Positions 45,434 to 56,735 of a stretch of 64,000 bases of DNA are shown one piece after another. Made by a program: the position numbers and the translations under genes. Origin of the DNA: Haliotis rubra (Eukaryota); NCBI RefSeq assembly GCF_003918875.1, contig NW_025767081.1:496001-560000 (forward strand), read 5' to 3'. Below the pieces are notes generated by a model. The model had not been told where the DNA came from. It saw nothing but the letters and a program-made list of their open reading frames with translations, and made no database searches. Within the stretch, counting starts at the first letter, position 1. Each line of letters begins with the position of its first letter.

Positions 45434-46945
45434 CTATTTGGGTAAAGCTGCCCTCCAGCCAGCATGTAGTTGTTTGCTGAATTGAACCACTAGGGCTCTG
45501 TAGGAGGAATCATAAGCCAGATTCTTGTTTTCTTGAGGATCGCCAAAATGGTCGTACAGTTCAACACCAAACACTTGGGTCCAGTCCGGCTTGTACACAG
45601 GTTGTATGTTGAATGTGACCCACTCTGTGTATCTGTAATGATCGGTGGTCATGCTGTAGCCCATTTGATCTCCGTTGTATTCATTCCTCGGGTACTGGGA
45701 GAATACAGCCTTCTTCCAGTTGGGACTTGCTGGGTTTGTTATCAGAGGTATCAAACTAGTGCCTTCAGTGCAGACTAGAACGTTGGTGGAGTTTTCTGGA
45801 CACAGATTAATAGGAGGTAGACCTGCAGCTTCTACCAGAGTAGGAAACAAATCCACAAACTCAGTGAGTTCTTCAGTCACGATGCCCTTGTCAGTGAGAC
45901 CCGGCACATGTATCATCATAGGGGCGTGGGTTGCGAGCTCAAAGTCCGTGTGTTTGCACCACTCACCGTGTTCCCCTAGTTGCCAACCGTGATCTCCCCA
46001 GAAAGAGATGATTGTGTTGTTCGCCAGGCCTTGATTCTCCAGCTCCTGGACTATTCTTCCGAGTTCGTAGTCAGTGTAGCTGAGGGCGCTGTAGTAGGCT
46101 CTCCTCAAATTGATGATGACGTCGTTTGGGAGTGTGGTGTTGATGTCTCCCGTAACATGTAATTTCTCAATGTCAACGTATTCTCTGAGTTCTGAATAAT
46201 TAGACCATGCAATTACCGGCATCTTCTCAGGAGCGTAGAGGTTGGGTGGGAGATTGATGGAGGACTCGGGGTACAAGTCAAAGAACTTCTGTGGTGCCAC
46301 AAAAGGAAGGTGAGGTTTGTGGAAACCTTGGGCGATGAAGAAAGGACGTTCTCCAGATCTGGCTTGAGGGGCTGCTTCTCTGATCATTTGAATCGCATGG
46401 TCATTATTCTGTGTGTCTTGAAGGGAGTTGTTATTAAGAACATCCATTGGCACATTCAACCAGGTAACGAACTCCTTGTATACAAAATAATTGGCTCGAC
46501 CTCCTACTTCAAAATATGGGTCTGTCCAGGAGATCGGGTCGTTGTCGTTAGAAGCATTTCCTGGATGGAAAATCTTACCCGATCCTATCGTTCTGTAGCC
46601 ATGTTCCTTAAAATACTGAGGGAGGGTGGTGAAGTTACCTCCCACAACTCTCCAGTAAGCTTGTAGATCATACACATGGGTTGTGTCTGGTCTTCGTCCT
46701 GTGAGGAGAGATGATCTGCTCGGGGAACACACAGCCTGCTGAACATGGGCTCTCTTTAACAGAAGACTCTTCCGAGCGAGGGCGTCAAGGTTGGGTGAAT
46801 GTATCGGAGGATGTACAGGGGTGGGGAAGTCTTTTCCTTCAAAAATGGTGAGTTCCGGTCTCATGTCATCTGCCACCAAAAACAACACATTCATACGAGC
46901 CCGGGCGGCAGTCACCGCCAGCAGCAGAAGAGTCACCCTCAACAT
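45434..46945 (-). CDS. IDS: IDS-like sulfatase, copy 9 (type D'), 503 aa
   Basis: Intact ORF; closest to copy 4 (WRVVGG, NASNDNDP, QNNDHAIQM). Confidence 0.93.
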   Translation of the reverse strand: MLRVTLLLLAVTAARARMNVLFLVADDMRPELTIFEGKDFPTPVHPPIHSPNLDALARKSLLLKRAHVQQAVCSPSRSSLLTGRRPDTTHVYDLQAYWRVVGGNFTTLPQYFKEHGYRTIGSGKIFHPGNASNDNDPISWTDPYFEVGGRANYFVYKEFVTWLNVPMDVLNNNSLQDTQNNDHAIQMIREAAPQARSGERPFFIAQGFHKPHLPFVAPQKFFDLYPESSINLPPNLYAPEKMPVIAWSNYSELREYVDIEKLHVTGDINTTLPNDVIINLRRAYYSALSYTDYELGRIVQELENQGLANNTIISFWGDHGWQLGEHGEWCKHTDFELATHAPMMIHVPGLTDKGIVTEELTEFVDLFPTLVEAAGLPPINLCPENSTNVLVCTEGTSLIPLITNPASPNWKKAVFSQYPRNEYNGDQMGYSMTTDHYRYTEWVTFNIQPVYKPDWTQVFGVELYDHFGDPQENKNLAYDSSYRALVVQFSKQLHAGWRAALPK

Positions 46946-47604
46946 TATACGTCTAAATCACACTGTCTTCCAACTGATGAGTACGGATTTATATATTTTC
47001 TGGCCTGTGAAGATAGCAGACGATTCTTATCAGTTGGAAGGTTTGTGAAGTTTGAAAAATAGACCATCCAGCCCTCAACAATAGCAATCAACAGAAGTCC
47101 CCTCCAGGAACTGAGACGTTTGTGTTGGTTGAATCTTGACATCCAAAGCAACGCACATCCCATAGTTTGAATGACAGTCAATGCGAGAAGCAGTGGCATC
47201 ATCCTTTGTTAGACATGGAGGTCTACTTGAGAGAATTCAAAGTCTGATAAGGAGAAAGTGTAAAAATGTTTTGAAACACGCACCTGTCGCCATACATGTG
47301 ATAACAGCACAGGCGAGCAGTGCATGGTCGGAACCTCACAGTTACTTATCCATGCTGGAGTGTACGAAATGAATGACACTGTAGGAGAGACATACCAGTC
47401 TCGGTGTTCCGATACAATAGGTACCACTTGAAAATATCGTGAAAATGAAATGGAAGGATCACTGATGTCCATCCTTAGATGGAATGTAGCAGGTCCTTCC
47501 TTACAAAAGAATATTTTGCTAAAAAAGATAAGTTCGGAACTTGTTACAATTTGCTTGTTGTTCAAGTACAAATGTCTGTTATATGCCTTTGGAGGAAGAA
47601 CATG

Positions 47605-47862
47605 CTACCTGTTGGTCCCAGCCTGGCGCTCGGCATTCATGGGTACAACAAGGACTGGTCGGCTCGGAGTCAGTATAATGTGTCTGAGTGGGGTATTCAT
47701 GCTTCACTGCGGCATGGTATTTCAGTGGGCTAGCGCTATAGAACCAGCTTCAGTCTGAGCTAGTGCAAGCAGCCGCACATACACATACACACGCATGCGC
47801 GTCGTCATATTAGCGAAATATTCTCAAGCACGACGTTAAACCTAATTTCACCTCACCTCACC
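47605..47862 (+). mobile_element. SINE family C, 5'-truncated
   Basis: Near-identical to the 3' part of 61548-61900. Confidence 0.8.
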
Positions 47863-47991
47863 TATTACTTTCCCAGAAAATCCTGTCAGTGAGCTGCTGC
47901 ACTGAAGCTACCATCCAAACAGTAACCTCAGTAAAATATGCCTGCTGTTGCCTCGACGGGACGGTCTTCTCGGAGCATATATTCTTCAAAG

Positions 47992-48152
47992 TGAGTGAGT
48001 TTAGTTTCATGCCGCTTTTTGCAATATTCCAGCAATAACACGGCGGGGGACGCCAGAAATTGGCTTCACACATTGTGCCCATGTGGGGAATCGAACCCGG
48101 GTCTTCAGCGTGAGGAGCGAACGCTTTAACCACTAGGCTACACCACCGCCCC
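47992..48152 (-). mobile_element. SINE family A with TSD
   Basis: Full consensus; TTCTTCAAAG flanks both sides (47982-47991, 48155-48164). Confidence 0.88.
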
Positions 48153-48955
48153 TGTTCTTCAAAGAAATACGTGCAGTGAAATTACACGCTTCTATAAGAA
48201 CAACCCTATATGTCAATGTTTTGAAGAACTTTTAAACGAATATACATAACGGCATTTGAAATTGGTCTAATGTAACGAATGTTATAATTTGGATGACACT
48301 TCCTCAGTAAAGTACAGATTCTTGTACTACTTTGGGATAGGAAATCCGAGATTCGAACCCACATTCTCAAAGGCACTCAATCACCACCGCACAAAGCAAT
48401 CTAACCCTCTCAACCCCAGCGACATCCACAAAAATGGAAGTAGCACAACTGGTTGTCTAATTAACTGGAAATACATCCTATACTATTAAAGAAATGTAGA
48501 GAATATTTAATTTTGGTGTAATATTATTTGGGAACCACGTTATATGATTGTACATGAACTGAAAATGAGTATTCCATTCACAATGTGTAATGGTATTAGT
48601 GTAGACACGCCGATCTCATGCAAGCGTTTTTCAGGATGTGCACGTGGACATGGTCGGGGAAAATTCGATATTGACAGTGAAACGTGTCAGTGTGTTGCTG
48701 TACATTTCAGTGATAAAAACCAAATTGACAGTTGTTCAGTTATCATTTAAAATCAGTCACACGTTTTTGAGTTGCTGAGTCTGATAGCCTTCGAGAACTA
48801 GCTCTTTCATAGCAAGTACTTAGATCAAGGGCTAAAACTGAGGCTCAAACCCGCCTTTGTTAAGAAACCGCGGTTAATGTGCCTCTCAAAGTGTGGATGA
48901 GTTTGACAGGTGTCAGTTGACACATTTAATCAGAGGGCGTTCTTCCTCCAGTATA

Positions 48956-49200
48956 CCCGTGAAGGTTCGGGTAAGAATATTGATCTTCAGTAACCCATGC
49001 TTGTCGTAAGAGGCGACTAACGGGATCGGGTGATCAGGCTCGCTGACTTAGTTGAAACATGTCATCGGTTCCCAATTGCGTAAATCGATGCTCATGCTGT
49101 TGATCACTGGTTTGTCTGGTCCATACTCGATTATTTACAGACCACTGCCATATAGCTGGAATATTGCTGAGTGCGGCATAAAACTAAACTCACTCCCTCA
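48956..49200 (+). mobile_element. SINE-like repeat, family B
   Basis: Independent insertion of the same consensus. Confidence 0.78.
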
Positions 49201-49645
49201 CACCCTTCTTCCAGTTCTCGTAAAAGGGAATCATACGCATCAACGGTAGGTCTGCACAGTCCACTGCCTAACCCAAACGGATTTGGGCTTTCGTTTTAAT
49301 ATATATATTTTCAAAATGTACGGCAATTAACGTCAGCGTCTCCTCGTCGCTTAATGATGCCATTTTTCTTGACAAAGACGAGATTTTCGCGAGATTCCAA
49401 GTCGTATCAACTCATTTATATACTATTTCTAAATCTACATGTAGATATTACAGTTTCTTCAAGTCGCACCGTGAGAACGCACCTTTATCAGAACTCACCC
49501 TTCCCTTTCGACACTTAAACATATTTCGAATGTTATAAGAAAACATTATCAGAAATTGATTTATTGTATTTTGAAAACACATATATTCGTCCTTTACCAC
49601 TTTACTTGCAGTTTGAAGTATACAAAGAAACACGTGCTAGCTGCA

Positions 49646-49817
49646 TTATATACTCATGGCAACGATTAAGGGAACACATGAAAGTACAAGTGTTCCTGTA
49701 TATATTTCCAGAATTTCACCCATAGCGCAATACATGCCTTGCGAAGAAACCTGGAAAAGAATAAAGGAACACTTGTACTTTCATGTGTTCCCCTTATTCG
49801 TTTCCATGAGTATATAA
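49646..49817. mobile_element. MITE-like foldback element
   Basis: Near-perfect inverted arms of ~50-65 bp (TTATATACTCATGG..AAGGGAACACATGAAAGTACAAGTGTTCCT), TA-rich ends. Confidence 0.7.
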
Positions 49818-49980
49818 CCATGATTTATAACAACTATACCTAATCCAGTTATCTTTTAGATAATGGTTCCATGCTGCTAGAAATCTGACTGACATAGTTC
49901 CACAGTACAGCTGTAGATCTTATCACCTTCTCAAACTGCAAGAGTGAGATAATGAAAAACACTTACAAAGAAATACTGTA

Positions 49981-51525
49981 ATGTTCTGGCACCGTTTGAC
50001 CGTCGCGTTGATTCTAGTTGTTGTGCACGTCCATTGCAAACGGAAAAATGTATTATTTCTTGTGGCAGATGACATGAGACCAGATCTGGACGTGTTCAAA
50101 GGAAGAGACTCGCCGTCCCCCGTGAGAGAAAAGGTCCACGCCCCCAATTTGATCTCTTTGACAGGGAGGAGCCTTCTCCTACGTCGTGCCTATGTACAGC
50201 AGGCACTGTGTAGCCCGAGCCGCACCTCCCTCCTGACTGGGCGCCGTCCTGACACCACCCACGTGTACGACCTTGACACTTACTGGAGAAAGGTCGCTGG
50301 CAACTTTACAACATTACCCCAGTACTTTAAAAACCACGGCTACAATACCCTTGGCTTTGGGAAGATCTTCCATCACGGAGACGCATCAGGAAACAATGAT
50401 CCGTTATCATGGTCAGAGCCATACTATGAGACCAAACCAGAGGTGAATGGTTTTGCTACTGATGGGAATTCATGGCGAGCGGTACCTACGAATCTTTTAA
50501 AGAGCAATTCCCTTCAAGACACCATCACTACAAACGTGGCTATTCAGAAGTTGAAGTCCATTGCACCCAAAGCCCGATCTGGACAGGAACCCTTCTTTTT
50601 AGCACTTGGTTATCACAAGCCACATCTTCCATTTGTCTTTCCGGAGAAGTTTCTGAGCTACTACCCAGATGATTCCATTCACCTACCTCCTAATCAGTAT
50701 CCACCTCTGGACATGCCGTCTATTGCTTGGACAAGATACCCCGAGCTGAGGTCATACAAAGACATTGCTCATCTGAATGCATCTGGAGAGCCCAATACAA
50801 CCCTACCAGCTAATGTGGTAAAGGCCCTGAGACGGGCCTACTACAGTTGCATCTCATACATCGACGAGGAACTGGGAAGAGTCTTAACGGAACTGGAACA
50901 GCAAGGGTTGGCAGATGACACAATTATATCCTTCTTTGGGGACCATGGATGGCAGTTAGGTGAACATGGGTTGTGGAGCAAACACACCAACTTCGATGTA
51001 GCTACCCATGCCCCTATGATGCTGCACATACCCGGACTCACCGACCAAGGAATAGTGACAGAAGAGCTTGTGGAATTTGTAGACCTGTTCCCTACACTGG
51101 TTGATGCTGCTGGGCTTCCCACTCTTCAAGTCTGCCCTGAAGATTCCTCAAAGATGGATGTGTGCACAGAAGGACAGAGTTTCCTCCCTTTGATCAAGCA
51201 GCCCAAAACTGATAACTGGAAGAATGCTGCATTTTCTCAGTTTCCTAGACACCAGAATCTTCGTCATCAGATAATGGGGTACTCGATGACGACCGGTCGT
51301 TATCGATACACTGAGTGGGTCGGATTTGACGGTACTCATTACAAACCCCACTGGTCAGCATTGTATGGTGCAGAGCTGTATGACCATTATCAGGATCCAC
51401 AGGAGAACGTCAACCTGGTTCATGAGCCTGCCCACAAGGGCCTGGTGGCCAGGCTCAGTAATCGTCTTCACGCAGGGTGGAGACATGAAGTAACCACTCA
51501 CCAGGGGCCTTCTATTATTGGGTAA
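49981..51525 (+). CDS. IDS: IDS-like sulfatase, copy 10 (divergent paralog), 514 aa
   Basis: Signal peptide, ADDMRP, CSPSR..LLTGRRPDTT, GKIFH, GYHKPH, GDHGW; AATAAA at 51535-51540. Confidence 0.92.
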   Translation: MFWHRLTVALILVVVHVHCKRKNVLFLVADDMRPDLDVFKGRDSPSPVREKVHAPNLISLTGRSLLLRRAYVQQALCSPSRTSLLTGRRPDTTHVYDLDTYWRKVAGNFTTLPQYFKNHGYNTLGFGKIFHHGDASGNNDPLSWSEPYYETKPEVNGFATDGNSWRAVPTNLLKSNSLQDTITTNVAIQKLKSIAPKARSGQEPFFLALGYHKPHLPFVFPEKFLSYYPDDSIHLPPNQYPPLDMPSIAWTRYPELRSYKDIAHLNASGEPNTTLPANVVKALRRAYYSCISYIDEELGRVLTELEQQGLADDTIISFFGDHGWQLGEHGLWSKHTNFDVATHAPMMLHIPGLTDQGIVTEELVEFVDLFPTLVDAAGLPTLQVCPEDSSKMDVCTEGQSFLPLIKQPKTDNWKNAAFSQFPRHQNLRHQIMGYSMTTGRYRYTEWVGFDGTHYKPHWSALYGAELYDHYQDPQENVNLVHEPAHKGLVARLSNRLHAGWRHEVTTHQGPSIIG

Positions 51526-51662
51526 GGTTCCAGTAATAAAAAACTGAAACGTGTTCGAAGTAATTGTATATAATTAGTAGTTAAAAGATGTGAGTGGGTA
51601 GGAGAGGTTGGTTTTATGCCGTTTGAACAGTGTTTCATTATCCGCTGTGTCTACATGATTTT

Positions 51663-52077
51663 TGAGTGAGTGAGTGAGTGAGTTTAATGCAGCAGTTTTA
51701 GCAACATTTCAGCCATATCACGGCGGGGGATACCAGATATGGGTTTCTCACGTTGTACCCATGTGAGTAATCGAACCCGGGTCTTTATCGTGATGAGCGA
51801 ACGCTTAACCCACAAGACGCGCATGATTTTGGAGGAACGACCTAGGTAATGTAGGTGCGAGCGTGAGTGAAATTCACGAGCAGTTGGATGGTGCAGACAG
51901 TAAGTGAGTGAGTGAGAGAATGAGTTTGGTTTTAAGCCGCTTATAGCAATATTCCAGCAATATTACGAAGAGGGACACCAGAAATGGGCTTCACACATTG
52001 TACCCATGTGAGGAATCGAATCCGAGTCTTCAGCGTGACGAGCGGACGCTTTAACCACTAGGCTACCCCACCGCCCC
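51663..52077 (-). mobile_element. Two adjacent SINE family A copies (~51663-51812 and ~51904-52077)
   Basis: (GAGT)n tails and tRNA-like heads on the - strand. Confidence 0.8.
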
Positions 52078-52513
52078 TAGTAAGACATGAGGTGAGGTGG
52101 GGTTTAACATTGTGATCGTTAGTACTGCACTTAGACAGTGACGTGCATGCACGTATGTGTGGCTGCTCCGGTGGGGAATAACATCAGTTATACATCACTA
52201 AGCCACTGAAATATCATGGATAATCAGTTCATACAAATTACCTCCATTACCTTTATGCTCATCGCCAGGCATGGCAGCATCAAGTACCATTTAACCTTTT
52301 TGTATATAATGCGATCAGGGATGTAACAAATGGATACATTGGGGTGGTATTTATTGAGTCATATGTCTAACTGTAAAACGATCCTGCTGAGGGAATATTT
52401 TTATACTGAACAGTACCATTCTCAGTTGTTTAAATTCCAAACATGATGAAATAATAACGCTAAAACGATAAGTGATTTCCTAAATGAGCACATTTAATGA
52501 AGTACTGTACCCT

Positions 52514-54042
52514 TCAACCGATGATGACACCGCCATTACTTCCCGCCATCTGGGCTCTCCACCCAGCACGGAGCTGTTTCCTCAACTGGCCGCGAAGTCC
52601 TTGCTGGGAAGCATGTCTCGCGATGTTGTGATTCTCCTGAGGATCGTTCAGATGGTCGTACAGCTCCACTCCATGAAGCTGGTCCCACTGAGGCCTGTAA
52701 TCCGGCTTACTGAGGAAAGTAACCCATTCAGTGTAGCGATACCTGTCCGTGGTGATTGTGTAGCCCATGACTGGCTTGTGACTATACCTTCTCGGGTACT
52801 GAGAGAAGGCTGCGTTCTTCCATGTGGTCAGACTTGGCTGCTTCAACAGAGGAACTAGACTGGTTCCTTCTGTGCAGAGGTGACTTGAGGACGAGTCCAG
52901 TTGACATGTTGATAGTTTGGGAAGACCTGCTGCTTCTACAAGAGTCGGGAACAGGTCCACAAACTCTGTCAGTTTTGTTGTACTCATTCCTTTGTCAGTC
53001 ATCCCTGGGACGTGGATCATTAGAGGTGAGTGGGTAGCGATGTCAAAATTGGTGTGTTTACACCATTCTCCGTGTTCCCCTAACTGCCAGCCATGATCGC
53101 CGAAAAAGACACAATAGTGTTGTTGGCAAGGCCTTGCTTCTCAAGCGCATCAAGAACCTTCCCGAGTTCAAAGTCCATGTAGCTGACAGCGCTGTAGTAG
53201 GCTCTGCGGAGTTGCTTAACCACCTGGTCAGGCAAAGTCGTGTTCGGGTAGCCCGATGCATTTAGTGGAGCTATGTCAGTGTAGTGCCTCAGTTCGCCAT
53301 AAGTTGCCCAGGCAATATGAGGCATGCCGTCAGGAGCTCGTGGGTTGGGAGGAAGATGAATTGAGTCTTCTGGGTAATAATCCAGGAAGCGAGCTGGAAA
53401 CTCGAACGGCAGATGGGGCTTGTGGAACCCAACAGCCAGGAAGAAATTCTCGCCATTCTTTGTTTTTTGAGTGATGTCGTTTATTACCTGTACGGCGTGA
53501 TCGGCTATTAAGGTGTCTTGTAGAACATGCTGGCTGTCGAGTAGATTATCTGGTACAGCTTTCCAGCTTGATCCATCTTCGAGGTAATGGTTTGCTTCAT
53601 GGGCATCGAAATATTTCTCAGACCACGAGACGGGATCATTTCCTCCTGAAGCTTTACCCGGGTGGAATATCTTGCCAACTCCAATACTGTGGTAGCCGTG
53701 GTTCTTGAAGAACTGAGGAATGGTGGTGAAGTTGCCGCCAACGTGCCTAAAGTAATTGTCAAGGTCGTACACGTGGGTTGTGTCAGGACGGCGCCCAGTC
53801 AGGAGAGAGGTGCGGCTCGGGGAGCATAGAGCCTGTTGAGCATAGGCTCTCTTGAAGACCATACTCTTACTGGCGAGACCTGCTAGATTGGGAGCGTGGA
53901 TTGGTGGATGAACCGGAGATGGAAAGTATGGGCCATCGTACATGGGCAGCTCAGGACGCAGGTCATCAGCGCAGAGGAACAGGACGTTCATTCGGGCACT
54001 GACGCACGATATCAAGCAGAAGACGTATATTACAAACTCCAT
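52514..54042 (-). pseudogene. IDS: IDS-like sulfatase, copy 11 (divergent paralog), 1-bp frameshift (may be an intact gene with a sequencing error)
   Basis: ORFs 53080-54042 and 52514-53020 join into one sulfatase if the A5 run at 53103-53107 is A6, restoring VSFFGDHGWQLGEHGEWCKH; minus-strand AATAAA at 52350-52355. Confidence 0.85.
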
Positions 54043-54277
54043 GTTTGCCTCCTTTTCTGCGGTTCCGAGATTTTTTGTGGGACAGTTAAGATTATGTCCC
54101 GTGTAACAGTGAAACTACTGAGTCTTAAAGTCCGTGTCCAGACCTGGGATAGGTTAATGGTGTACACAAGCAGGACATGTGTCTACATACCCATGAAATG
54201 ATAAGGCCGACACAGTTACTGTCAAATAAGTCAGTTGAAAGGTTAGGAGATTATTCACAGAATAGGTTCAATATCTG

Positions 54278-54299
54278 ATGTGTGTATGTGTGTGTGTGT

Positions 54300-54366
<67 letters not shown>

Positions 54367-54895
54367 CACAGAGAGACATACAGAATGATTGAGACCGATA
54401 GAATGGCAGACAGATGACAGAGACACATGAGAGAGACACGCGGAGGGAGAGAGTGACAGAGACAAGGAGAGCGACAGAATGGCAGACAGATGACAGAGAG
54501 ACACATGAGAGAGACACGTGGAGGGAGAGAGTGACAGAGAAAAGGAGAGCGACAGAATGGCAGACAGATAGTGACAGAGCGACACATGAGAGAGAGACAG
54601 ACGAAATATAAAGGAGAGAGTGATAGAGAGAAACAAACTTTGACACAGAGAGAGACGACAGAGACATAGAGACTGACAGAATGACAGGCAGATAATGACA
54701 GCGAGACACACGAGAGAGAGAGGGGGGGAGAGGTCAGATAAAAGGGAGAGAGTGATAGAGAGAATCAAACAGTGACACAGACTGAGACCGAATGGCAGAC
54801 AGATCATGACAGAGAGAGAGACACAGAGGATAGATAAAGGTAGAGAGTGATAGAGACAAAGACAGAGTGAGGTAATTGCAGGACAGAGTGAGCGA
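54278..54895. repeat. (GT)n, (GA)n and GA-rich low-complexity tract
   Basis: Dinucleotide runs followed by degenerate GA-rich repeats, ~240 bp upstream of copy 11. Confidence 0.9.
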
Positions 54896-56142
54896 GTGGG
54901 TTTTTGCGTCACTTAGGCACTTATGTATCAGAACATTATGGGTAGAAGGTTTCAATTACTGGAGCTTGGAGTCGGGTCAGGTTCGGGTACAGTGAACACA
55001 AAACAAGGCGCTACTAGAACAAGAATCGTGATGGATCCAAACCTACAATCCTGACCGAAAGACCACTGAGCCACCCATGGCCACCAGAACAGACGTGTAT
55101 TCATGTGAATGAGTCAGGAATGAAGCGTCACGTATGGCATACCATATGACAACCTGTGTTCCCAAAAATGGGGGAAAGAAAGAACGAAAGAGGGAGGCTT
55201 CATCATTTTAACGAATACACATAGTTGACAGCAGTTATTATAAAAAGCACGTTTCTCATATTCAAACAAGACGTTCAAAAGAACAAAACAAATATTTGAC
55301 ATGCGTAATATGAGTCACGGGCCACCTGTCTGGGGGTGGAGAGGGTAGCAACGTCGCACTTGATGGATTGGACTAGCAGGGGTGCGCGGGGTAACCCTTT
55401 GGTAGATTAAACATCCACAAACTATACAGCGCATTCTATTCACAATATCACATAAAATGTTATATATATTTCGTCTTTTTGAATAACCCACAAAGGCGTT
55501 CATATACAACAATACAACACACTACACCGGCCTTTTCAACTCCACCAAACAATCAGGACTGCAGGTGGCATATCCCCGTTGCAGAAGCAGAGACATCTTC
55601 TCGACTGGTTCTCGGCACGGCTGACGAAGCGCCAGTCACGTGGAACGCGCGGGAGGCGCGAAATAAGGGGATTGGTCACATATTTGTCGCGCAGTGGGAT
55701 AGGATTGTATTTTGAACGAGGAAGGAGATACCTGTTTGAAAATCCTGTGGGTCATTTTCTTCTGGACGTACCAGCTGTTGAAACAGTCTGGTTGCAAAGA
55801 TTCCTGTTCATTGACAAGGTAGGACCGTCTTCTATCTTCTGTGACATAAAGTTTAAATATTGTTAATATGTTAACACCGAAATGATATAGATGTAATGTT
55901 TGAAACTCTTACCCTTCACCGTAAGTTGGAGGGTTCCCACAATAGAAAGACAAACAGGTTGTTGATGCTAAATAGGTTTAATTAAGATCAAGAGTGAATA
56001 CTAGGTTCAACTGTACGACACCTCACATAGATCAATAGCAAATCGCTTCAGTTGCACAAACACTCCGAAAAGATAATCATGTTCAATATTATTTAACCTT
56101 TTAATTGTATATTGACTCACATGGGTCTGGAGTAAATAGGAT

Positions 56143-56466
56143 TCACTCTGTACAGATCATCAGGTTCACTCTGTACAGAGCATCAGGTTCACTCTGTACA
56201 GAGCATCAGGTTGACACTGTACAGAGCATCAAGTTCACTCTGTACAGATTATCAGGTTCACTCTGTACAGATCATCACGTTCACTCTGTACAGAGCATCA
56301 GGTTGACACTGTACATATCATCAGGTTGACACTGTACAGAGCATCAGGTTGACACTGTACAGAGCATCAGGTTCACTCGGTACAGAGCATCAGGTTGACA
56401 CTGTACAGATCATCAGGTTCACTCTGTACAGATCATCAGGTTCACTCTGAACAGATCATCAGGTTC
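56143..56466. repeat. 23-bp minisatellite CACTCTGTACAGAGCATCAGGTT, ~14 copies
   Basis: Direct tandem units with no spacers. Confidence 0.92.
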
Positions 56467-56735
56467 AATTCTATATTAACATAAGTGTGACATAGGTCGC
56501 CTCACATAGATCAACAGTTAAAAGGTTCAGTTGTACAACACACCATACAGATAGGGTGTAAATAGGTTTAATTTTGTTTGAACACTCAGTTGTATTTCGA
56601 CCTATATACGTTAATAATAAAAAGGTCATAAAATTCCATAATACCCAATATTAATCCAATGATACAGATTGTTGTATAATACTCCACATATATTATAGAA
56701 AATAGGTTCAATAGTACAACATTCAATACTGATCA

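Noticed and set aside
3648-46945. Bacterial polysaccharide-utilisation locus or contaminant contig
   Set aside because: No operon structure, SusC/D or glycoside hydrolase genes; genes are separated by kilobases of animal SINEs, LINEs and Tc1 elements and have poly(A) signals.
54251-54955. Ser/Leu/Cys-rich ORFs up to 214 aa
   Set aside because: Translations of the GA-rich low-complexity tract.
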